Positions 1 to 12,639 of a stretch of 64,000 nucleotides of DNA are shown here, piece after piece (position 1 is the stretch's first letter; each line of letters starts with the position of its first letter). Position numbers and translations under genes: made by a program. Under the pieces are notes generated by a model. The model was given only the letters and a program-made list of their open reading frames with translations, made no database searches and was not told where the DNA came from. The stretch comes from Chrysomallon squamiferum. Taxonomy: Eukaryota > Animalia > Mollusca. The stretch covers positions 9,920,001 through 9,984,000 of the forward strand of contig CM022677.1 of NCBI GenBank assembly GCA_012295275.1, written 5' to 3'.

Positions 1-82
1 CAGGTGGACTATTAATACAGGTGGACTGTTAATATAGGTAGACTGTTAATACAGGTAGACTGTTAACTCAGGTGGACTGTTA
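1..82. repeat. 17-bp tandem minisatellite (CAGGTGGACTGTTAATA), about 5 copies, truncated at window start
   Basis: Units start at 1, 18, 35, 52 and 69 with few substitutions. Confidence 0.85.
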
Positions 83-354
83 GCAGAGTGTCTGGTTTCC
101 AGGATGTTTTTTCTACGTCTGGTCTCCGTGGTTCACTGGGTGCAGACTAAGCGTCTTTGTTGTGTTTAAATACAGCTTGTCACTGTACACAAACACAGCT
201 GACTACTGACTGTTACTGTGTTCTAGATCTGTGCTTACAGTTTTTAAACTATTTGTTTGTTAAGTAAAATTATTAGGAGTTAATTGTCTAATTATCTATT
301 TTAATCAGTTCATTTTCTTTCATTATTTTTATTATTTATATTTATGACTTACAT

Positions 355-482
355 GTGTATATGTGGGTGTTTGTATGTATGTATGTATGTCTGCAAGTGT
401 GTGTGTGTTTGTGTGTGTATGTGTTTGTGCAATGTGTGTGCATGTGTGTATGTGTGTTTCTGTATGTGTGTTTGTGTGTGTG
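355..482. repeat. Degenerate (TG)n/(TATG)n microsatellite
   Basis: Read directly; explains the overlapping C/V-rich and H/T-rich ORFs at 332-564. Confidence 0.85.
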
Positions 483-1100
483 GCTGGGTCAGGGAAAAGG
501 AAGATGTCTTGTTTTACCAAAACTCAAACAACAAAATGTAAAAAATAACAAGTCTTTCTCTTGATTTGTCAGCACAACACTTCATCACTCTTTGCTAATT
601 GCATACATAAATGTTTTAAACACAGACACAGTGGCACTGCACTGCAGAAGCATACGAAGATGATACACTGAAAAGATGGCTAACAGGAAATAAAGATGTC
701 AGATATTTGTTATTTCTCAGAATGGTATAAATAATTGAATTTTTATTTGACGCATGTAATTATAAAATCAGTTCTCAACTTTTTTTTTAGTGTTAAATCT
801 CAAACCAGTCATACCAGAATTTATTATTTCTATTTACAGAGATTATTTTGTTGACAAAGAACAGCATTATAATATTCTATTTTTATCAAATATGATGATT
901 TGTTACTTTCAAAACACTTATAATAAATACAAGTTTACAGGAAATGAATTTTTAATACAACATTCACAGGAACTTCAAGGGATGATTATAAATGAATCGT
1001 AATGAAACATGTTCGGTACAGTGTACTTGTGTTTATCAGAGATGGGGAAAACCTGGGGTAGCAGTCAAACCCACATGTCAAATACTTTTGGCTGTGATGT

Positions 1101-1102
<2 letters not shown>

Positions 1103-1141
<39 letters not shown>
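1103..1141. repeat. (CA)n microsatellite
   Basis: Perfect CA run. Confidence 0.95.
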
Positions 1142-1144
<3 letters not shown>

Positions 1145-1499
1145 ATCTCTTCCTCTTCCAAATATGCATACAAAAACCCCCAAAACCCACTATTTCACTT
1201 GCCCTTAGGATTTTCATGTCTGATTACATTTTTCAGAGTAGAAATCAAAAAATACATTTATCAGTATCCCAACCAGACGCTGTGTGAAAATCTTTATTTT
1301 GAGCAGAGAATTCTGACTTCTGTGTCAGTCATTAGATTTGGATTTCAAAACAACATTTATCTCACACATTCTTAGTGAAGTCACTTAGTCTTTGCAAATA
1401 ACATTTACATAAAGTTGTATGTCTTTTTGGAAAAAATGAAATTACAGCATTTATCATACAAGCTGTACATCTAGATATACACATTTTAATTATTCTTAT

Positions 1500-1507
1500 C
1501 ATTGTTA

Positions 1508-1583
<76 letters not shown>
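1500..1583. repeat. (ATT)n microsatellite
   Basis: Near-perfect ATT run. Confidence 0.95.
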
Positions 1584-1584
<1 letters not shown>

Positions 1585-2850
1585 TGGGTTTTTTTGTTGT
1601 CACATGAGCAATCTAAGGTAGGTTTTTTTCCTTGTCTGTGTTTTCAGTCATCAGGGTTATAGGGTTATCAGGGTCATTGAAAGTGAACAGTGTGTGTTTA
1701 GATGCATGTATATATACATTTATGTATGTCTGTATGTATACATATGTTGTTATTCCAATATAAATATGAAGTAAAAGATGTTATAATGGTAATCATAAAG
1801 ATAAATTTCAGACAAAAATAAATAAATAATATCAAGTTGCAGTATACCAGTGTCAAACAGTTCTTAATTTGTTTTGATACAAACACAATTTAGTAATTAA
1901 CTATACTTGACTGTACAGGACTTTGACTGAAGCTAGGATAACTTATCTCCTGGTTGTAAACAGTTCCTAACATTACAACACAGTGTGGTGTCTGATATGT
2001 TCATACTGACATAGTTATTTTCTTAGGAAGACTCAGTATTTGAATATTACTTCTGTTTTACTCCATATCCCTCAGTGGCATTTCCTGTTATAATTCTATA
2101 TTTTTTATTACTGTTAAAAATTATAATATTCAGCTTGACTGTATTTTTCTCTGTTCCAAATTTTGTTAGATTTAAAAATTATATATTAATAAAAATATAT
2201 ACGTAATAAAAAAAAAAAAAAAAATTAAATAGATAATTATAAAAAAAAAACAATAATAAAATAAATATATATAAATAAATAATGAAATAATTTTTCCTAT
2301 TTAATTACATTTTTTAGTTTTTTAATATCACACACACATCCACACTTTTTTTTAATTTTTTTAAATAATCTTTAAAGTTTTAGAAATTTTAAAAGTTAAA
2401 ATATCTCATTCATCATTATTTTTTTAATTAAAACCTATTTCTTATAAATTCTTTTTTCCTACTAATTTTACTGCTTTTTTTCATAATAGCACATTTTTAT
2501 TAAAATTTCAAAAACCAATTTAAGCAAAGAGCATTGGTCCAATGCTGTAGTTCCTGTGACATTTGGTTTAGTGCAGTGTGTAATTTGATTAGGTTTTAAC
2601 ATTAGCCTGGATATGATATTCTCTGTGGAGTAGTGTTATTACATAAACAAGAGGGCAGAGATCGAAGAAAATTGAACTTGCAGTTTGAGATGATTGTTTC
2701 AATTTAGTTTGGTATTTAGTCAAATTGGTCCCTTTAGCAACAGATGTCTTTTTGTGTATAGAGGTCTCATATATTAATATGCTATCACAGGATGATGTGG
2801 TTTGTAATTGAATATTTGATACTTTTTTGTAGATATAGATGTTGGGCTCC

Positions 2851-2852
<2 letters not shown>

Positions 2853-2888
<36 letters not shown>
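2853..2888. repeat. (TG)n microsatellite
   Basis: Perfect TG run. Confidence 0.95.
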
Positions 2889-2891
<3 letters not shown>

Positions 2892-3343
2892 TGCAAGTGT
2901 GTTTGTTGCAATTATTACATGGTGAGAAATGTGTAAATACACACACAAACACACATACTTACATTAATACATATGTATGCTTGTGTGTTTGTGTGTGTAA
3001 TGGTCTGACAGTTAAGACTGTTGACTTGGGTTTCACTGATATTTCTATGTTTATTGACCAGTTTGGAATGTGTATATACATTGCTGTGTAATGTCTGAAT
3101 TTTTATTTTTGAGTGTGGATGTAAACATTATTTTGCAGATTTGTTTTTGGGGGTTTTATGTTGGTTTTTGTTTTAATAGTTTTATCAGATGATGATGGTA
3201 ATGACAGTAACAGTAAAACGCATAATAATAGTAATGATCATAGCTAAGTTTTTAGTCCTTAGTTAAATCAGTCTTTATAACTATTTAATTGATATAACAA
3301 ACTTTATTTTGGTTCACTGTTTTATGTTTTTTGTTTTTTTCAG

Positions 3344-4855
3344 GCACGACCCAAATATGGCCTCATTGTGACCTTGACATTTTGTTCAGTGACTGTTATC
3401 CTCAGTCTGTATTATCTTGATGAACTGACGCCCAACATTTCTCACAAGAAACTGGTGCATTTAGTTGACAGAGATGTATTTCAACAAAACATTCCACGAT
3501 TTGATCGAGGGATCCTCAAGATGTCACCAGTAGAAGCAGAGGAAGGAGAAGATGACGACGATGATGATGATGACAACACTGGTGTCGATGGTGACATGAA
3601 ACAGAAAGTTGTTGTTGATTTAGTTGAGAAACCTGATTATAAAGATGATGTTGTAGTTTGGCCAAAAGATCACATTGCAGTGAAACTAGGGAAACGAAAC
3701 AATCACTGGGAAAACCCAGATCTAAACTTAGCTCTTAACTTGTCGGGTGCATTGAAGGAGTCACCCGTTGTTCTTAATGATTTGGAAATAGTTGCTCACA
3801 ATGCGACCTTTGACCAGTCACATGGTCATATGATTGAGTCGAAGATCATCTCCAGACACAGACTTCAAAGTCTCTCTAATTACAACAGTTCTAAGCTCAG
3901 CTCATATCACAACTCAAGTTCAAACAAACGCTACATTATTTACCTGTGTACTAAAAGTATGACGTGCTGTGGGTGGGGGGACAGACAGCATGGGATACTT
4001 TCAGCGTATGTTATATCTCTAGTAACAAACAGGATATTTGGAGTGGACATGTCAGCACCATGTCCACTCTCCAACTTGCTGCATCCTAGAAGGATTGACT
4101 GGAAGGTTAATCCTAGTGAGCTAGAAGGATTGACAAGTAAACACATCTATACTGTCAATGATAAAGTGTTTCGACAGATGATGGGGCAGATTGACTTCGA
4201 TGTCGTGTATCCGCAGGACGTGATCTATTTGACAACTAATTATGATTACTTTTACTCACTCAAGCGAAACCCGCATTACAAGAAAATATTTCGTCAGAAG
4301 ATTAATAAACCACGTCCTTTAGTGTTTGCCGATTTGTGGCTGAATATTTTCAAACTTAACAAACGAGTGAAGAGGCGAGTCACTGCAGCTTTAGCAAAAG
4401 CACATCCCACGCCAAAACATAAACTTGTTTGTGCTCATGTGCGCTTCGGGAGAAATCCCACAATTCCGTGGGACTCTGAGATTCGCAATACAATGAACAC
4501 TGTAGTGCCACTGTGGAATTTTTTGGCTCAGTATGACGATCCTAGAGTGTACAGAATATTCATAGCCAGTGACACGGAAATGGTTCTTGACAAAGCGAAG
4601 GAGTTGTTTCCCTTCCAGGTGGTTGAGATAAAGGGGGATATTATACATATAGATAAAACAAAACACATGGCCTCTGACCCCTGCATAGGCTTTGAGAAGG
4701 TTCTAGCTGACCAATACTTCTTGACTAACTGTGATGTTCTAGTTCTCACGTATAGTGTCTTTGGGAAGAGTGCGGCCTACATGAGACGATCCAACAGTAA
4801 TCTCTATTACCTTGGTGACGGAGTTATCCGCCCACTTAAACTGTTTAAAGATTAG
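3344..4855 (+). CDS. Main coding exon of a type II membrane (Golgi-type) fucosyltransferase of the alpha-1,2/alpha-1,6/O-fucosyltransferase superfamily (GT11/GT23/GT37-like); start codon probably on an upstream exon
   Basis: Strong acceptor (TTTTATGTTTTTTGTTTTTTTCAG, AG at 3342-3343) in phase 0 with the 495-aa ORF. It reads ARPKY, a hydrophobic anchor GLIVTLTFCSVTVILSLYYL, an acidic stem (EAEEGEDDDDDDD), then CCGWGDRQHG (compare the GxGN/CGYGC loop), motif I VCAHVRFG (compare FUT8 VGVHVRRTD), motif II RIFIASD (compare YLATDD) and motif III DQYFLTNCDVLVLTYSVFG (compare DIHFLSQADFLVCTFSS). Stop TAG at 4853-4855. GC content is clearly above the flanks. Confidence 0.88.
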   Translation, partial: ARPKYGLIVTLTFCSVTVILSLYYLDELTPNISHKKLVHLVDRDVFQQNIPRFDRGILKMSPVEAEEGEDDDDDDDDNTGVDGDMKQKVVVDLVEKPDYKDDVVVWPKDHIAVKLGKRNNHWENPDLNLALNLSGALKESPVVLNDLEIVAHNATFDQSHGHMIESKIISRHRLQSLSNYNSSKLSSYHNSSSNKRYIIYLCTKSMTCCGWGDRQHGILSAYVISLVTNRIFGVDMSAPCPLSNLLHPRRIDWKVNPSELEGLTSKHIYTVNDKVFRQMMGQIDFDVVYPQDVIYLTTNYDYFYSLKRNPHYKKIFRQKINKPRPLVFADLWLNIFKLNKRVKRRVTAALAKAHPTPKHKLVCAHVRFGRNPTIPWDSEIRNTMNTVVPLWNFLAQYDDPRVYRIFIASDTEMVLDKAKELFPFQVVEIKGDIIHIDKTKHMASDPCIGFEKVLADQYFLTNCDVLVLTYSVFGKSAAYMRRSNSNLYYLGDGVIRPLKLFKD

Positions 4856-6171
4856 CTATGCCTTGATTCTTCTTCATTCTATTTTTTAAAAATATTTTTA
4901 TCTTTAACTGTCATTATAGCTTTTATTGCAGATTATTTATTTATTTATTATTATTATTAATGAATTATTTTATTTATTAATATTTATTATTATTAAGTTA
5001 TATTATTTTGTTTTATTTTTTTGTTTCACTGTTTATCATGTATTTCTTTTTTCATAATTTATTTCTTTTTATTTTATTTCTATATTTTTAATAATAAAAA
5101 TTGTAAGTCACCAAAACCAAAAAGAAAAAAAAAAAAAGAAAAGAAAAGGAAACAAAAACAAACAGAACCAAAAAAAGACTCTAAAACCAAAACCAAAATA
5201 ATTACGAATCATGAAACACAGGGTAGAATTTATGATACTGCCTTTTCTCTCTAACTTCTACATTTACGAAATAAAACAGAATAATAATAATAATTAAAAA
5301 ATAAATTAAAATTTTAAAGAAATTATTTTGCTATAGATATCAATTCTGTATTAATTAAACTTGGACAAAATGAACTGAAGTTGTGAATTAGATGAATATT
5401 ATGAATTTTTCATAGATAAATTATTTCTGCTAGCTGAAATTTGTTGAATTATGATGAATTGTTTTAATATCAAACTGACAGAAAACATGCTGTTGATAAA
5501 ATAACTGATGATACTAAAATAATAATAATAAAACAACAATAATAATTTAATTTTAATCTTTATTAGAAATGAGATATAAGTTATATCTATTTACAGATTT
5601 ATCTATAATAAAATTTATTCATGACTGATAATGATTATTATTATTATTATCATTACATTCACTAATTCTGAAATTTTCATATTTATATTATCCTTAATGA
5701 AATTGTATTTGATTTGCAGAGATGCCAGACTAGGAGGTGTCACAGTTTCAGCAACACCCTGATTAAATGAGGGAAAATGTCTTTATATTTCATTACATTA
5801 TCATTTCCATTACCAATTCTCACTATATTTGAAAAAAAGAATTTAATAAATTCTACCAATCACAAAATTAAGTTACCATCAATTCTAAAAATGTCATTAG
5901 TAATTTCTAGAAAATATAGTAATTAGTTTTTGTGACAAATTCTGATGGTCATAATTATATATTTTGAGTGTAACATGAAATTATTTTACATATTTTTATA
6001 TATGTATGTTTTACTGAATGTTGCCCCCAACTCATTCTAGTCTTCAAAACAACAGTTCCCTTTTTTATAATTTAAAAAAAAAAAATGTTCATGAATTAAT
6101 TCGTTTTAATTACAATTATTTAACAGTTACATAATCAAATGTCTTCAAAATCTTTTTAGATTTTCATTATC

Positions 6172-6214
<43 letters not shown>

Positions 6215-6515
6215 GTGATTATGTAAATTTATTCTATGTAATGATTACTGAAAGATAAAAATTGTTATTGTTGTGACAAATACCTGAGCAAACTGTTATT
6301 TCTTTGTCATTTGTTTTTTTGTTCATTATTTTTTTTATTATTTTGTTTTTTGGCCATATTTACAAATCATTTCTTTGTATTTTAATACAATATTTATTAT
6401 TATTATTTTTGAATTATTTTATTTATAATAAGTAAAAGTATTTTTTAATTGTAAAGTGTGATTTGTTTTTCTTAATCTGCTTTTAGATACTCCTAAATCA
6501 TGTTAACATATATGA

Positions 6516-6517
<2 letters not shown>

Positions 6518-6571
<54 letters not shown>
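6518..6571. repeat. (CA)n microsatellite
   Basis: Perfect CA run. Confidence 0.95.
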
Positions 6572-6573
<2 letters not shown>

Positions 6574-7650
6574 ACACATGTATGAACAAGTTAATCCACT
6601 TCAACCACTAAAGAGTACAGGAAAGTGGTGATTTTGTCTTTCTTTTTATTTCCTGTCTCTTTGTTTTTTATATTTAAAAAAAATTAAAAAAAAAAAATGG
6701 CTCAATTTTTAATAAAATTATTTACTAAATTCCAGCATTTTGTTCTCACATTTAATAAAAATTATTTGTAACAATTACTGAATACTTACTTTTTATTATC
6801 ATATTATTATATTACTGTTTTCTTCTTTTATTATTATTATATATATATATTTTTTAAATTATTGTTTTGTTTACTTATATCATCTCAAATGTGTGTGGTG
6901 CTTTTGAAAGCAAATGCAAAAGTGTTTTCTGACATTTATTGGAAAGGAAAGCCAAATGAAGAAAACTGTGCCAGTAATAAAAATTAAAAAGGCCTTTTTG
7001 TCTACTTGTAAATTTCTTTGATATAAATAAAACAAAATTGTGATATTTATATAGTGTTTTGTTTTTTATTTAAAATATCTGAGTTTGAAAGTCAAATAAC
7101 ATTAATTTTTAAATGTCTTTGATCTTACATTCAGGAATTAAATTAATTATTAAAAATGGTAAAAATTAAAATAACGTTTTTCTGTGTTATGCAAAATTCA
7201 TACAAATTATTTTTAATTTGTCAAATTGGAATATTAATTGTAATATTTAAATACATAATTTTTTAAATTTTGACAAATTTGGGGGAACTGTAACTGATAA
7301 TTAGAAAGAAAAAATTAACCATACAAGATTTGCTAACTTTTGACCATTTATAATTTTATTGTGTTAATAAATAAATGGGAAAATTTAGTTTATTTTTTAA
7401 ATTGTAGTATCAGTCGGTTGTATAGCATTAGTTCTTCCATCTGTTTAAATGGTGATATTCCAAAGTTCAGTCAATTGTAAACCAACATTGTATGTCTAAA
7501 TTTGACATGTACTTTAACTTTGATTTTGTTATTTTTAATCGGCTTTATACTGAAGATAGTGTTCAAAATAAAATTTATCTCTCTCTCTCATAATAAATAA
7601 GAAATTTAGTTAAGTTTATAAACATATTATTCATGTGTGTGTGCGTGTGT

Positions 7651-7800
7651 GCAGAATTAGATTTCGCCTAACAACAAATGGGATTTATTTTATCTTGCTC
7701 ATGCGAAATAGCGATTCCGTGATATTCGTTGTCTAAGGGAAATAATTCTGTATAACAGAAACATTAGAAAATAGAGCCGAGTCTGTTTAAACATAAATTT
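7651..7800 (+). mobile_element. Diverged copy of a dispersed ~160-bp repeat family (core TAAGGGAAATAACTCT)
   Basis: Aligns by eye with 51720-51881 (+) and 63381-63546 (-): CAGAATTAG...ACAAAT...TCTAAGGGAAATAATTCT. Confidence 0.6.
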
Positions 7801-8413
7801 ATATAAATAATAAAAAGTTTGAAGTAAGTACACAATAAAGGTTAAAAATGTATATGAAAGATATCTGAACAAATACTTCTCATTCTCAATATTTTAATTT
7901 TTATTTTGTAACGAAAACACCAACACTTATTCTTTTTAGAGTTATTTCCCTTATACTGAAAAAATAATAAACTAAGATTTGTGTGTGTGTGTGTGTGGGA
8001 TAACAAAAACTGAAGAGAAAAAAGTAAACACAACTTTATTTATGTTTTCAAGTTTATTCAAATAAAAACGAATATTATTACCAAGCCAGTTTTTCATTCT
8101 TTGTTTTCTTATTAGTACTATTATTTGTACTGCCGCCGACATCCAAGTCGTTCTCCTCGTCGTTAATACTGTTGTTGATGTAGACCTCATTATTATTTTT
8201 TCTTTTCTTTTTGCTTTTACGCTGACAGTTTTATTGTCATAATTGTGGCCATCGTTGCTGATGTTTTCCTGATGGTTTTTTTTTTGTTGTTATAATGTTC
8301 CTTATTATTCCTACTGTAATTCTCGTCGTTACTGTCGCTTGTTATTGTCATTACTATTTTCATTATTTTGTTATTTCTGTGTAAGCAAGTTTTTGTTTTC
8401 TTGTTAGACCACA

Positions 8414-8430
8414 TAATAATAATAATAATG

Positions 8431-8469
<39 letters not shown>

Positions 8470-8510
8470 GTAATAATAACAATAACAATAATAATAATAA
8501 TAATAACAAA
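8414..8510. repeat. (AAT)n microsatellite, imperfect
   Basis: Read directly; explains the poly-Ile ORF 8368-8595. Confidence 0.9.
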
Positions 8511-8839
8511 TATAATTTCAAAAAAAGTGTATTATGTAGAAGCTAAACAGGTATTTATTATTATTAACCAGAAATCGAGAAAATCCAAAATATAAATGTT
8601 AAATATAAACAGAGACATGCACTAAATTAAGCATATAATCATCTCTAGATATGTAATAAAATAAAAATAATAAACTGCAATTTCTGCCTTTATTAAACAT
8701 GGTTTTAATTTAAATTATTATTTGAATAAATCAGTGTATTTGTTCTAAGTTCGATTCGCCCGGTGTATGTTTCATCTTCCAATCTTTTTCTTCTCAGACA
8801 TCTTCATTAATTACTGTGCCAACGTAGACCGGTGTACTG

Positions 8840-8974
8840 ACATCACTAATATATTAAAGTTTTACTTTCTCTACTTCTCTACACTTAGCAACATCACTAA
8901 TATATTAAAGTTTTACTTTCTCTACTTCTCTACACTTAGCAAATCACTAATATATTAAAGTTTTACTTTCTCTA
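8840..8974. repeat. 50/51-bp tandem repeat, about 2.7 copies
   Basis: CATCACTAATATATTAAAGTTTTACTTTCTCTACTTCTCTACACTTAGCAA at 8841, 8892 and about 8942. Confidence 0.9.
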
Positions 8975-9000
8975 AAAAGACCAACATGGTTAAAAATACT

Positions 9001-9095
9001 TTATCAACAATTACTGATATGAAACTACTGTTTATTTATTATCTACAATTACTGACATGAAACTACTAATGTTTATTTAATATCTACAATTACTA
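9001..9095. repeat. ~38-bp tandem repeat, about 2.4 copies
   Basis: TATC(A/T)ACAATTACTGA(T/C)ATGAAACTACT...GTTTATTTA recurs. Confidence 0.75.
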
Positions 9096-10639
9096 AAATG
9101 ATTAAAAATATTAACAGATTACTTCACTGCTTCAGTTTTAGTGAGATTTACTTTCTCTGCAATTAGCAACATAATTAGAAATTATAATACGATAACAATT
9201 GATGTTAATCTTGCCATTATAATAAAACATTTCTTCATTTTATTGATATTTATTTATTAGTTTCATTGTTATTGTAGTTATTGCAATTGTTTATTTTATT
9301 TATTTATTTATTATTATTATTATTATTATCACTATTATTATTTATTTTAAGTTTATTTTAATTTTATTTTTAACATTTTATTAATCATTATAAAAATATT
9401 AGATTATCATTTTAAAGAATAATAAAAAATATACCATATTTAAAGTTATAAATGTTATTTAGAATATATGATGTAAAAAGAAATAAACTGATGTTTTACA
9501 TAATTTAATATTTTTTGTTGTAAGATGGTTAATATAATGAACTGTAAGCTGTTTATTTTACACTGTGAAGCTGACAAGGTGTGTCAAGTGGGCCTCACTG
9601 CAGCATATTTTACCTTCACAGACTAAAAAAGTAAAAATAGTTTTAAGTAATCAGATGTTTTTCATTCTAATTATTCATAATTATTTAGTAACATCTCACA
9701 CATATTAAATTAATATAAACAAAATGTTATTGAAGTAGTTTTCATGTATATTTAAATATTATATTTTTATTGTACTGAACAGATTTTTATGTTTTTATGA
9801 CTTCATGTTTCAAACTCATCTGGCAATACTGCCTTTGAAAGATACTGCCATAATGATACATTCATATGTAACATTTTCATCTTCTTTTTGTAAGCTAAAA
9901 TAAATTCTATAAAAAAATAAGTCTAAAATTGAAGAAAAACTTATCACCAACAATAATAAAAATCATAATAATACTAACAGGAACAATTTAAATTTGATAT
10001 ATTATTACTATTATTATTATTTAATTTTAATTTTAATTTTTGTTTCGTTTTCTTTGTATCAGGCATTAGTGGGTATTAGTTAGTTTGTATTAAGTACTGA
10101 AGTGTGTTACTGTTGTAGCTGCAAGAATGTCTTCTGTATGGTTGATGTAGTTGCATGTGTATCTTGTATATGTTTGCTGGTGTTGCATGTTTTTGTGTCC
10201 GGCGTGATATGTTAGTTGTGTTTTGTTTGCTTTGTCTTGTATGGCGTGTGACATGTCTTCTTGTATATTTCCTCTGTTTTGTCTGTGCACTTTTTTTATT
10301 TATGCTGTGTTTTTATATTAAGTAGTGTATGATGTATTGTCTGTAGCTTCTACATTGGAATATGCAATAACAATCGAAATTATATATACAAATGTTGATT
10401 CTAAACTCATATAAAAGTCAGGGAAGTGAAATCTGAAGAAAATGATTTACAGTCAAAGGGGAATAACTCCAACCACCTAAGGATCGTAATACTCTGTGTT
10501 CAGTGACGCCTTAGCAGGAAAAACAGATCTGCAACTTGGAGTAAAGTAATATAAAAATATCAAAAGTTTATAAAACGCTGTATAAAGAGCTGGGTAAAAT
10601 ATAAATATCACATTTGATTGAAATTTAAAATTTGTTATA

Positions 10640-11170
10640 AAAGAAAATGTTCTTTAAAAAGATTTAGTTAAAGATTTGAGTGGTATCTAAATAATTTACC
10701 ACATTTATCAAATATATTCTTGTCTCAATACTGACTGCATTCCATTTGTCAAAGTACACAGTCAGTGCTCACACTGAGGTGGAGGATCGTTCTTTAAGAT
10801 ACACGAATGAGTCAAGTGTGCACGACCGACGCGGGCACGACACAAATCACATTCATCCTTTCTGCACTGCCTGTAAGAGGACTGCCAATATCCTAGGGCT
10901 GGCTTAATAGAATGAGGCTTGTTTGAGTCATTTTGCTAAGTGAAAACAATATATTGACGATATAATGCTTAAAGTCATTATCGGGTACACCAACCTTAGC
11001 ATGTGACAGATCCAAAGCAGCCAAAGCAGCAGAATCTGCCTTTCATACCCCTTATGCCAGTATGTCTGTGTACCCAACAAAAATAACGTCCTTGTTGGCA
11101 ATATTTTAAAAAGATACTCTTTCCCGATTAAGGGATGATCCAGCGTCTGTGTTGCAAAGCTTGGAGAGAT
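10640..11170 (-). mobile_element. Decayed 3' fragment of an RNase H-containing non-LTR retrotransposon (I/Nimb-like LINE ORF2 C-terminus)
   Basis: Minus-strand translation across frameshifts gives LQALQ..LDHPLIG, FCWVHRHTGIRG.(E)KADSAALAALDLSHAKVGVP (RNase H WVPxHxGIxGNExAD motif), NKPHSIKPALGYWQSSYRQCRKDE, LCRARVGRAHLTHS (RxRxGHxxLTH motif) and DPPPQCEH* (start of the zinc knuckle). Confidence 0.85.
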
Positions 11171-11843
11171 GTGTTGATACAATGATGTCTTCTGCAGTCG
11201 AAATGGTATGCACCTCGTCGGTGACATCGCTTGATCAAAGACAAGGGTGGGATTCTCAAATATCTGCCTTCAGAATTCAAAAACCATTGTTGATAAATGT
11301 ATAATATAATCGTATTTCCGTAATTTAATTAAATTGTTTCTTTTATTATTTCCATTATTTTTAATTTGAAGAGCTAATACTTTTATTTATTTCCAGTTTT
11401 GAATAAATGACTTTTATCATGTCTAACGTAAACACAGTTTTTACGTTCACTTGCGCGCTACTACATAATACTGTAGCAGAATACAGAATAAAGAATTCTT
11501 TTGTTGTTTTAAAAACAACGATAGAAGAGCTATGTTCCTTAACACTGGACGCTATAATCTTAACTTTCAATTCATTACTGATCATTGGCATGAATTTCCT
11601 TGTTATAAACATTGTGGAAAATTATACAAGTGAATTTTACCTGCATTTCACAACAGTTAAAGCTATTTTTATAAATAAGAAGTTTGGAAAAAAATGTTCT
11701 CCCTTCTGAATGACATCTGGACATCTTTGTTACAAGAAATAATATATTTTACACCTTTTCTAAATGGCAGTTATATAAAATTAATTTTTTTTCCTGCAAC
11801 TGCCACGAATTTGTTATAATGCTTATTGGTTTTGTTTAATATG

Positions 11844-11884
<41 letters not shown>

Positions 11885-11918
11885 AAAGAAAAAAAAATGA
11901 ATTGAAAGTAAACACAAG

Positions 11919-11967
<49 letters not shown>
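11844..11967. repeat. Poly(A) tract followed by (CT)n microsatellite
   Basis: A run at 11844-11882 and CT run at about 11923-11967. Confidence 0.9.
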
Positions 11968-11970
<3 letters not shown>

Positions 11971-12162
11971 ACGGTTACCGTTTAAAGTCTACTAACAGAG
12001 TTGCGATAAACGACATAACTGACATCAAAGACATCATTTTTTTTGACTCATTTCAAAAACAGTCTAAATTTTTTTAATAATAACTAATAATAAAACAACA
12101 ACAACAACAACAACAACAACCGCCATAAATCACTGCGAGCACTGTAGCTTTAAATACTCATC

Positions 12163-12256
12163 AGTACTGCAGTGTTTTCCCGAGTTTCACCGCATTCGTC
12201 AGTTCCAGTCTGATTCTGACGGATGCACGTGAAACTCGAGAAAAGACTGCAGTACT
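12163..12256. repeat. Imperfect inverted repeat (foldback) with ~40-bp arms; possible palindromic MITE
   Basis: Left arm AGTACTGCAGTGTTTTCCCGAGTTTCACCGCATTCGTCAG; reverse complement of right arm AGTACTGCAGTCTTTTCTCGAGTTTCACGTGCATCCGTCAG. Confidence 0.85.
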
Positions 12257-12639
12257 AAAATGTGATATAATACATATTTTGTTTTTATTATTCAGTGATG
12301 AACAGTTTAGTCAACGTGTAGTTAGTTCTGAAAGGATTACTTTGCTTAGCAGTTTGTATGAACAAATCGGTAGGTGATATTTCTATCTCATGTTTCAGCT
12401 GAAAAATTATTTTTGACGATGTCACTGTGATTGTTCCACCATTGTTACAGACTATGCATGACAATTACAAATTTTGAAATTCGAATAACACAAATACTGA
12501 ATGAAAGAGTTTTTTTTTTTCATACTCTGTAAGCACGCCATGAAAAACAACACACTGCCGTGTTAGTAAATTTTACATGGCCTTCAAGTGTTATGTTAAA
12601 AAAGAATCTAATAAAAAGTTATAAACAAAATGTATAAAC

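Noticed and set aside
332-3091. Short ORFs upstream of the fucosyltransferase exon
   Set aside because: Mostly driven by (TG)n/(CA)n microsatellites or AT-rich chance ORFs, with no domain signal
8748-8765. GTTCGATTCGCCCGG resembling a tRNA T-loop or Pol III B box
   Set aside because: No cloverleaf, A box or acceptor stem around it; at most a SINE remnant
9555-9630. CTGTGAAG...CTTCACAG inverted repeat as a pre-miRNA
   Set aside because: Only about 8 bp pair well and the inner arms do not complement
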